This document shows, one piece after another, positions 16,825 to 24,416 of a stretch of 32,000 nucleotides of DNA (position 1 is the stretch's first letter; every line of letters starts with the position of its first letter). The DNA is taken from contig NC_007517.1 in assembly GCF_000012925.1 (NCBI RefSeq), forward strand, positions 1,860,001-1,892,000, given 5' to 3'. Origin of the DNA: Geobacter metallireducens GS-15 (GTDB lineage Bacteria; Desulfobacterota; Desulfuromonadia; Geobacterales; Geobacteraceae). The position numbers and the translations under genes are program-made. The notes beneath the pieces were generated by a model. The model worked only from the letters and a program-made list of their open reading frames with translations, did not search any database and was not told where the DNA came from.

Positions 16825-18009
16825 TTAATTGGCTATGGGTGAAAGGGTGAAATAGAACGTCGCACCTTTACCGACTTCACTTTCAGCCCAAATTCTTCCA
16901 TTGTGGCGTTCGACAATGCGTTGGACTGTTGCGAGCCCGATTCCGATGCCTTTGAATTCATCCCCGAGGTGCAGCCTCTGGAAAAGCTCGATCAGTTTGC
17001 CGGAATTACCCAGGTCAAAACCGATTCCGTTGTCGCGCACGTAATATGCCATCTCCCCGTTTTGAAACGATTTTCCGAACTCGATACAGGCGTCAGGCAG
17101 AGTTCTACTGAACTTCCATGCATTCCCCAGCAGGTTCTCCATCATAACTCTAAGCAGGGCAGGATCACCTTCCACTTCCATGCCGCCGGTTATCCTGACG
17201 TCAACCTTGTGTTGTTGCTCGAGGTCGTGCAGCTCCTGTGCGATTTCCCCTGCGAGGTCGCTCAAGTTCACGGGTTCGAGGCGTGGTTCGTCGGTCGCCA
17301 TTGTTGAAAGGTCGAGCAGCGCGTCAATCAGCTGCACCATTCGAGTGGCGGCCGCGCCTATTTTCGAGAGACACCGTCTGCCGGCATTATCCAGTCGATC
17401 ACCATACTCTTCGAGCAGAACCTCGCTGAAGCCATTGATCGTACGGAGTGGGGCCGAGAGATCATGTGACACGGAATAACAAAAAACTTCCAGTTCCCTG
17501 TTGGAAGTCTGCAGATCCTCGGTGCGTTCCAGAACCATCCGTTCAAGCTGGGCACTGAGCCTTCTGTATCGATCCTCGCTCTCCTGAAGGGCCTTGAGCA
17601 TCTGCTCGCGTTCCCGGATCAACTGCTGTTTCTGCAAAACCTGATCGATGACGACGGGAAGAAGTTCCAGATAACCCATATCCACATCTTTCACGATGTA
17701 GTCGCTGGCCCCCAGTTGCAATGCTTCAACCGCGATTTTTTCATTCCCTCTGCCGGTTAGCATGATCACCGGAGGAGAGGTTTTGCACTCCGCCATGATC
17801 CGCAAGACGTCGATGCCATCGCATGAGGGCATGCTGTAATCGAGCAGCACGACATCGAAGGGTGCTTTCCCGAGCGTAGCCAAGCCGTCGTCACCGTTTC
17901 TGGCGATTTCAACCGAGAAGGACTGTCGCTGCAATTTTCTCTGCAACAGCCTGGCTAAACCAGCGTCATCTTCCATATACAAAATGCGAACGGACTTATT
18001 CTCGACCAC
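16825..18009 (-). CDS. Hybrid response-regulator receiver / histidine kinase (REC-coiled coil-HisKA-HATPase)
   Basis: The N-terminal REC domain shows ILYMEDD...DVVLLDYSMP...KDV. It has an H-box (SHDLSAPLRTINGF) and N/G boxes (GNAWKF, DNGIGF, GIGLA). The GTG start lies 4 nt after an AGGAGG RBS. Confidence 0.9.
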   Translation of the reverse strand: MVENKSVRILYMEDDAGLARLLQRKLQRQSFSVEIARNGDDGLATLGKAPFDVVLLDYSMPSCDGIDVLRIMAECKTSPPVIMLTGRGNEKIAVEALQLGASDYIVKDVDMGYLELLPVVIDQVLQKQQLIREREQMLKALQESEDRYRRLSAQLERMVLERTEDLQTSNRELEVFCYSVSHDLSAPLRTINGFSEVLLEEYGDRLDNAGRRCLSKIGAAATRMVQLIDALLDLSTMATDEPRLEPVNLSDLAGEIAQELHDLEQQHKVDVRITGGMEVEGDPALLRVMMENLLGNAWKFSRTLPDACIEFGKSFQNGEMAYYVRDNGIGFDLGNSGKLIELFQRLHLGDEFKGIGIGLATVQRIVERHNGRIWAESEVGKGATFYFTLSPIAN

Positions 18010-18374
18010 AAATCCTCCTGATTAATTCCATCGCATGGTTCCACACAGCTTGTGAAGTAAAGCCGCCAGGTCTATTCCCCTGGCCGCTCAGCAATGCTTA
18101 CTTATCATATCCGAGCATTGTTGAGCAACGCTTAAACTGGTTGTCTTTCCCATATAAAACAAGCGGTTCAGCAGCTGTTGGGCCGGAATGGTCCGACAAG
18201 TTCCCGTTGCGACAAACCAGTGAGCCTGTCTCCGCCACCCTTGACACATCTTCTGGAAGAATGTAGCGTCGTACGGAGTTTCCATCGTTGCCTCTTCTGT
18301 CGCCATCGACGAATCTCCCGTTAATAGACAGAACTACGGCAACGCCCAGTCTCTTTACGGAGCGAACTGTCATC

Positions 18375-20369
18375 GTGGTTTCCTGTTTGATCGTTACCTT
18401 CAAGCGTACGGTTCTTTTGACTTCATTCGGCCTGTTCACGGCTCTCCTTCTGGTCTCATCGGCTCTAGCCCAGGGGAATATCGCCAAGTATCCCTATCTG
18501 CCGTCAGGCTATTCGTCGGTCAAGGTTTTTGACCGCAGCGGACGGTTTGTGGGCCGTATCCTCCCCGAGAAACGCTACTGGGTCTCCATAGATCACATCC
18601 CCGCTTTCCTGCAAAAGGCGGTGGTGGCTGTGGAAGATGCACGGTTTTTTGAGCATGGAGGCATTGATATTCGCGGGATCGCCCGGGCGCTCGTGAAGGA
18701 TGTGGTCAAGGGCAAGCTGGTGGAAGGGGGATCAACCATAACCCAGCAACTGATCAAGAACCGATATCTCTCCGGGGAGAAAACCATCGAGCGGAAGCTT
18801 GAGGAAGCCCGGATGGCCATGGAGTATGAGAAGATCTATACCAAGAAGCAGATTCTTGAGATGTATTTCAACGAGATTTACTACGGCAATGGGGCGTGGG
18901 GCATTGCCCAGGCGGCCCGGGTCTATTTTGACAAGACCCCCGATCAGTTGACCGATGCCGAATGCGCCCTGCTGGCTGGAGTGCCCAAGAACCCGGGCCG
19001 GTACAACCCCCTCGGGAAAGCGGTCGATGTCAGCAGACGAAGGGACGTGGTTCTTGCTCGCATGCTGGACCTCAAGATGATTTCGGCGCGGCAGAAGCAG
19101 AAGTTGAGAACCCGCCCCATTACAACGGTGCAGCGCAGTCAGGCGCCCTACTATCTGGCCCATATCCGGAACGAGCTTGTGGAGCGCTTCGGCCCTCAGA
19201 TCATCGAACGGGGGGGACTGGAAGTTACTGCCGCCATGGACTTGAACCTGCAGAAACTGGCCGAAAAGACCTTGAAGGAAGGGGTGAAAAGGATTTCCCC
19301 CGAGCTTCAGGGGGCATTGGTTTCTCTGGATCCTGCAACGGGTGATGTGCTGGCAGCCGTCGGTGGGGTAGACTTCACGAAGAGCCCCTATGATCGCGCC
19401 TTCCTTGCCAGGCGTCAACCCGGCTCAGCCATCAAGCCGCTGATCTATGCCGCAGCCTTGGAAATGGGGATTACCGCCGGCAGCGTCTGGGATGATACGC
19501 CGGTTGCCTACGATCGCGGATACAATCAGACCTGGAAGCCCCTGAACTACGGGAAGGAGCGGTATGGCCAACTGTCGCTCCGGCGAGCCCTGGCGTACTC
19601 GAACAACATCATAGCGGTCAAGTTGCTGGACACGATCGGAGTCCCGTACTTTGTCGATTTTGCCCACAAGGCAGGGCTTCCCCTGCGTCCCAACAACGAT
19701 CTTTCCCTGGCCCTCGGAACGGAAGACGTTACCTTGCGCGACCTGGTAAGAGCATACACCCCCTTGGCCAACGGAGGGCTCAGGTCCGAACCGAGAACAA
19801 TCGTGCGTATCTATGACAGGAATCGCCGCGCCTGGACGGAAAACGCTCCGTCAGTTGCGCCGGCCCTCTCGCCGGCGGCCGCCTTTGTCACCACCCGGAT
19901 GCTCAGGGACGTCATGGTGTACGGCACCGCAAAATCCCTCAAATCCTTCAGCCAGAAGCGACCGTCCGCCGGGAAGACCGGTACCACCGACGATTACCGC
20001 GATGCCTGGTTCATCGGCTACACTCCCCAGGTGCTGACCGGCATCTGGGTGGGATACGACAAGCCGCGGCCGGGGGGGAGAGGGTTTACCGGCGGGGCAG
20101 TGGCGGCGCCAATCTGGCAACGGTTCATGGGGCCGGCTCTGGCATCAAAGCCGGTTGCGGATTTTCCGAAACCCGATACGGTTGTCTCCGTTTCCATCGA
20201 CCCGGCGACCGGTTACCTGGCAACGCCGGACTGCCCGGAAAAGCGCGACGAATTCTATGTCGAGGGGACCCAACCCACCGAATACTGTCCCAAACATGGC
20301 GGAGATCGCCTTAATCAGGTACCGCCCGTCCTGTCCCTGCCCAAGGAGGAGGCTCCGCAATCCGAGTGA
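18375..20369 (+). CDS. Class A penicillin-binding protein (PBP1A-type glycosyltransferase/transpeptidase)
   Basis: The GT51 motifs are AVVAVEDARFFEHGGID, GGSTITQQLIKN and RKLEE. The transpeptidase motifs are the SxxK-type SAIKP and KTGTT. The start is uncertain: there is no in-frame ATG before the TM helix, and the track uses TTG 18288. I prefer GTG 18375, which gives MVSCLIVTFKRTVLL plus the TM helix. The stop at 20369 is firm. Confidence 0.88.
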   Translation: MVSCLIVTFKRTVLLTSFGLFTALLLVSSALAQGNIAKYPYLPSGYSSVKVFDRSGRFVGRILPEKRYWVSIDHIPAFLQKAVVAVEDARFFEHGGIDIRGIARALVKDVVKGKLVEGGSTITQQLIKNRYLSGEKTIERKLEEARMAMEYEKIYTKKQILEMYFNEIYYGNGAWGIAQAARVYFDKTPDQLTDAECALLAGVPKNPGRYNPLGKAVDVSRRRDVVLARMLDLKMISARQKQKLRTRPITTVQRSQAPYYLAHIRNELVERFGPQIIERGGLEVTAAMDLNLQKLAEKTLKEGVKRISPELQGALVSLDPATGDVLAAVGGVDFTKSPYDRAFLARRQPGSAIKPLIYAAALEMGITAGSVWDDTPVAYDRGYNQTWKPLNYGKERYGQLSLRRALAYSNNIIAVKLLDTIGVPYFVDFAHKAGLPLRPNNDLSLALGTEDVTLRDLVRAYTPLANGGLRSEPRTIVRIYDRNRRAWTENAPSVAPALSPAAAFVTTRMLRDVMVYGTAKSLKSFSQKRPSAGKTGTTDDYRDAWFIGYTPQVLTGIWVGYDKPRPGGRGFTGGAVAAPIWQRFMGPALASKPVADFPKPDTVVSVSIDPATGYLATPDCPEKRDEFYVEGTQPTEYCPKHGGDRLNQVPPVLSLPKEEAPQSE

Positions 20370-20427
20370 ATTCTCTCTCCTCCTTTCCCTTCATCACACC
20401 TGTTGGCACTATTGCTCGCACTGCCAG

Positions 20428-20856
20428 TCATCCTGCCGTTTTGAACATGATGACCTCGGCCTCGGCCATGGTCTGACCGTCCAGTTCGATGACCCCGCGC
20501 ACATCGATGAGCCGGCGCCGGTCGCCAACGATCTCGCCGATAACGGTTACCTCGCTGCCGGTGGGCACCGGTTTCCGATAGCGCAGGCGCATTTCACTGG
20601 TCACCACCTGGAGTCCTCGGGCCATGCAGGCCTGGACGCATATTTCGTCCATAAGGGCCGAGAGGATGCCGCCGTGGACTATCCCCTGCCACCCCTGGAA
20701 ATGCTCCGGAATACTGACCCGGGTTTCAGCCCGGCCCTTTTCCGGATCGGTTGTGAAAACGGCGTGAAGTCCGATGGGGTTATTGCTGCCGCAGATGAAG
20801 CAGTGGTTGTCGTCGATTACCTGCATGGGGCCTCCTGTGGTTTCATGATTTGACAC
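20428..20856 (-). CDS. PaaI-family hotdog-fold thioesterase
   Basis: CFICGSNNPIGLHAVF...QGWQGIVHGGILSALMDE is a typical PaaI/YbgC-like hotdog pattern. An alternative start is Met11 at 20826. Confidence 0.85.
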   Translation of the reverse strand: MSNHETTGGPMQVIDDNHCFICGSNNPIGLHAVFTTDPEKGRAETRVSIPEHFQGWQGIVHGGILSALMDEICVQACMARGLQVVTSEMRLRYRKPVPTGSEVTVIGEIVGDRRRLIDVRGVIELDGQTMAEAEVIMFKTAG

Positions 20857-21008
20857 TCGGCAATCCAGTAGATCTGTTTGTGCTGGACGCGGGTCAGGGC
20901 AGTCAGTTGTCGCTCGGCGGCGGCGCGGTTGGGGAAGGTGCCGACCAGAAACCGGTTGCCGTTGTCGTCCTGGCGCCAGAGTTCAAAGGCGGTTTCGTTC
21001 CGGTTCAC
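20817..21008 (-). CDS. Small conserved-looking hypothetical protein (63 aa)
   Basis: The GTG start lies immediately after the DUF3443 stop (TGAGTG). FELWRQDDNGNRFLVGTFPNRAAAERQL...HKQIYWI resembles small proteins I recall from deltaproteobacteria. The 3' end overlaps the thioesterase ORF. Confidence 0.5.
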   Translation of the reverse strand: MNRNETAFELWRQDDNGNRFLVGTFPNRAAAERQLTALTRVQHKQIYWIAECQIMKPQEAPCR

Positions 21009-22262
21009 TCAGTAAGCCCAGTAGGGACCGGTGCCCAGGCTGGAATTCCTTCTATCAATTCCCACGAAGACGGAACGGCCATAGAAGAAGGGGAGGCCCC
21101 AGTCGAAACTGCTTCCAAAGCCCGGCCCGCCAAGTTCAGCGAAGGCACTATTTGACGTGCTGAACAGACTGGTCGCATTGCCTATGTAGAATGTTACACG
21201 ACCCCCTGTTGCGTTGTTGCCGTAGTTTATGGCCTCCAGTTGCAATGGGGACGACAGGGAGACTGGTGGGCAGTACCAGTCCTGGTGGGGAGACGAGCAG
21301 ACAGGCAAGAGACTTGTGGGAACATTGAAAAAAAGTCCATTCGAGCCGCTGTCGATGAAACTTGTATCGAAGGTCGTACCATTGAATTTAGTTGTGAAAT
21401 ATCCAGCATAATAGCCAGAATTATCGATGAAGTATGGGGTCGTACCGGAGGAGGCGTTGTTCGTCTGGGTGTCAATTCCGAGGATGAGCTTCCCGCCGGC
21501 TGTTCTGGACCCTCCCGCGGGGATGCTCGTCATTTGCACGATAACGCCGTTGTTGTCTTGGTCCAGATGGGCCACTGGATTCTGTACTTGGCTGGCAAGT
21601 GGAACGGGGGTCGAGGAGCAGTTTGATCCGCTACAGGTGAAATACACGTCGTTAGTGTCGCTCCTGGCACATCTGTCTCCACAATCCTCGACAAACAGAC
21701 CAACGCCGAGAATCCCGTTATAACCGGCATCATCGGGGTTTGTATCTAATCCTTTTACTTGCGGTGATTGACATTGGCTAGGGATGTTGCCTTGGAAATA
21801 TGTGGCATCGATAATCTGTATCGGGATATTGGCGGCGGTTTCTCCGCCGAGCTTCACATCGGCAATCCTTACTGGTCCCCAAGTCCCGGTGTTATCCAGA
21901 TATTGAATGCACTCGGCGATGGGAGCGGAACCGACCAGTACCTGTGGCAATGAAATATTGGGTGCGGCCTGCTTGAAAATCCGCAGGCCATAACTGCCGG
22001 TGTCCAGGAGCACGTTGTCGACGGTCTGGCATTTTCCCGTGTCGGGTTCACAGATCGTGACGGTGACGGTCGGTTTGTTGGGATATGAGGGGTCATTGAC
22101 GGTGATGTCCAGCACATTGGCCGCCGTGTTGGTTCCACCGCCACTGCCACCACCATCTCCGCCTCCTCCTCCTCCGCCTCCCCCTCCTCCTCCGCCGCCA
22201 CCACCACAGCCGGCAACAAGTCCAACGAGAAGGATTAAAGAAACAGCTTTATTTGATTTCAT
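21009..22262 (-). CDS. DUF3443-like lipoprotein with pepsin-like (A1) aspartic-protease motifs and a poly-Gly tether
   Basis: It has a lipobox (LVAGC19) and then a linker of about 24 residues, mostly Gly. It carries LLD87TGS, GILGVG, GGKLILGID, FID304SGS and DWGLPFFYGRSVFVGID in pepsin order, with several short Cys-Cys loops. 417 aa. Confidence 0.85.
   Translation of the reverse strand: MKSNKAVSLILLVGLVAGCGGGGGGGGGGGGGGGGDGGGSGGGTNTAANVLDITVNDPSYPNKPTVTVTICEPDTGKCQTVDNVLLDTGSYGLRIFKQAAPNISLPQVLVGSAPIAECIQYLDNTGTWGPVRIADVKLGGETAANIPIQIIDATYFQGNIPSQCQSPQVKGLDTNPDDAGYNGILGVGLFVEDCGDRCARSDTNDVYFTCSGSNCSSTPVPLASQVQNPVAHLDQDNNGVIVQMTSIPAGGSRTAGGKLILGIDTQTNNASSGTTPYFIDNSGYYAGYFTTKFNGTTFDTSFIDSGSNGLFFNVPTSLLPVCSSPHQDWYCPPVSLSSPLQLEAINYGNNATGGRVTFYIGNATSLFSTSNSAFAELGGPGFGSSFDWGLPFFYGRSVFVGIDRRNSSLGTGPYWAY
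22134..22205 (-). repeat. (GGN)n homo-glycine codon tract (G16-D-G3-S-G3) in the lipoprotein gene
   Basis: The plus strand reads as a C/T-rich run, tccaccgccactgccaccaccatctccgcctcctcctcctccgcctccccctcctcctccgccgccaccacc, covering codons 20-43 of the gene. Confidence 0.9.
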
Positions 22263-22719
22263 TTATTGTCACTCCGTCAGGGACCAAGCCAGGCACGTAA
22301 GCTCGCCCCTGCAGGTTGCGCATATGTCCCCACTTTTCGACCACGACCTGGTTGGCCTTTACCTGAGAACGCCGCTGCCCCCGCTGTCGGGGTGCCTGCC
22401 GTAAAGCCTGCTTGTACTCGGTGAGGTACGACCCCAGCAGCAGCGTGAGATCGGGGTGGGAAACCCCGTTCCAGGCCACAGCAAACACGATGCCCGACGG
22501 CGCGATGTACTCACGGACGGTGTTACCTCCGGTTACGAGTTCCTGAACCGTATAACCCTTGCGGGTCGTGGCGGCGCGCTGGGTAGCGGAAAGTGCCTTG
22601 CGGTCAACGGCCACCGATGCCGCAGGTTCACCAAGGGCTGCTTCCGACTGCCGGGCAGGCATGAAGGGTGTTGTCAGAAGTCCGGTAACAAGGCTCATGG
22701 CGACGAATATTCTCCTCAT
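22249..22719 (-). CDS. DUF2844-like secreted protein
   Basis: A signal peptide ([22 protein letters not shown]) is followed by [44 protein letters not shown]...[23 protein letters not shown], which I recognise from memory as DUF2844-like. An AAGGAG RBS is present. It overlaps the downstream lipoprotein gene by 14 nt. Confidence 0.8.
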
Positions 22720-22925
22720 ATCGGTACCGCTCCTTTCAGGTGTTGAAATTGCGGCAGATATTTTCCCACTCTAGCCGAAGGGTGTCCAGTAAATCCTGGC
22801 AATTCCGGCACCGCTCCGGTGGAGGCGTGGAAAAGAAAGGGTGTAAAAATCGGAGTCCCTCTTGCGCAACCCGTCTCTTCACGGGACAATTGCGATACAG
22901 CAGCCAACTATTCCGCGAGGTGGCC

Positions 22926-24416
22926 ATGAGTTATATCCTTGCCCTGGATCAGGGCACTACCAGTTCCCGCGCCATTGTCTTCGACACCACCGCAACGATC
23001 CGCGCCATTGCCCAGCGGGAGTTCCGCCAGATATTTCCCCGGCCCGGCTGGGTGGAACACGACGGCCGGGAGATCTGGGCCACCCAGGTGGGCGTGGCGG
23101 CCGAAGCCCTGACCCGGGCCGGCATCTCTCCCCGGGAGGTACGGGCCATCGGCATCACCAACCAGCGCGAGACAACGCTCCTCTGGGACCGACGAAGCGG
23201 CGAGCCGCTCCACAACGCCATCGTCTGGCAGGACCGCCGCACCGCGGAACTCTGCGACCGGCTCAAGGCCGACGGCCTGGAACCCCTGTTCCGGCAGAAG
23301 ACCGGCCTGGTACTGGATGCCTACTTTTCCGGCACCAAGCTGGCCTGGCTGCTGGAGGCCATACCTGGCGCCCGCAGCCGCGCCGAAGCGGGGGAGCTGG
23401 CCTTCGGCACGGTGGATTCCTGGCTGGCCTGGAACCTGTCGGGAGGAAAGCTCCATGTCACCGACGCCAGCAACGCCTCCCGGACGCTCCTCTTCAACAT
23501 CACTACCCTGGATTGGGACGACGAGCTGTTGGCGATCCTCGGGATACCCCGGGCAGTGCTGCCGCGGGTGGTGGATTCCGGCGCCGTTTACGGCGAGACC
23601 GCCGGGGATATTTTTGCTGCGGCGATTCCCCTTGCCGGCATGGCCGGGGACCAGCAGGCGGCCCTCTTCGGGCAGGCCTGCGGCACGGCAGGGATGGCCA
23701 AGAACACCTACGGCACCGGCTGCTTCCTGCTGATGCACTGTGGAACACGGCCGATAGAGTCCCGGCACAACCTGCTCACCACCGTTGCCTGGCAACTGGG
23801 CGGACGGGCTGAATACGCCCTTGAGGGGAGCGTGTTTGTGGCCGGCGCTGCGGTGCAGTGGCTCCGGGACGGCCTGGGCATCATCCGCTCCTCCGGCGAG
23901 GTGGAGGCCCTTGCGGCCAGCGTTCCGGACAGCGGCGGTGTCTGCCTGGTTCCCGCCTTCACCGGACTCGGCGCCCCCCACTGGGATCCCTACGCCCGGG
24001 GCACCATCGTCGGCATAACCCGCGGCACCACCGCGGCACACATCGCCCGGGCCACCCTGGAGAGCATCGCCTTCCAGAGCGCCGACCTCCTCACCGCCAT
24101 GGAGGCCGACGCCGGCATCAGCCTGGCCGAATTGCGGGTCGACGGAGGCGCAACGGCCAACGGGCTCCTGATGCAGTTCCAGGCCGACCTCCTCGGGGTG
24201 CCGGTGGTGCGGCCCCGGATCAGCGAGACCACGGCCCTGGGGGCTGCCTACCTGGCGGGACTGGCGGTGGGGCTCTGGCGTGACCGTCAGGAGATTGCCG
24301 GCCACTGGCAGGTGGACCGGATCTTCGAGCCGGCCATGGGCCGCGAGCAGGCGGCAGAGCTACGGGGAAGGTGGGGGCGGGCCGTGGAGCGGGCCCGGGG
24401 GTGGGCGGCGCCATGA
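22926..24416 (+). CDS. glpK: Glycerol kinase
   Basis: [20 protein letters not shown]...[13 protein letters not shown]...[10 protein letters not shown]...TYGTGCF... shows the canonical GlpK/FGGY motifs. The ATG is at 22926. The track's 62-codon upstream extension is non-protein-like. Confidence 0.95.
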
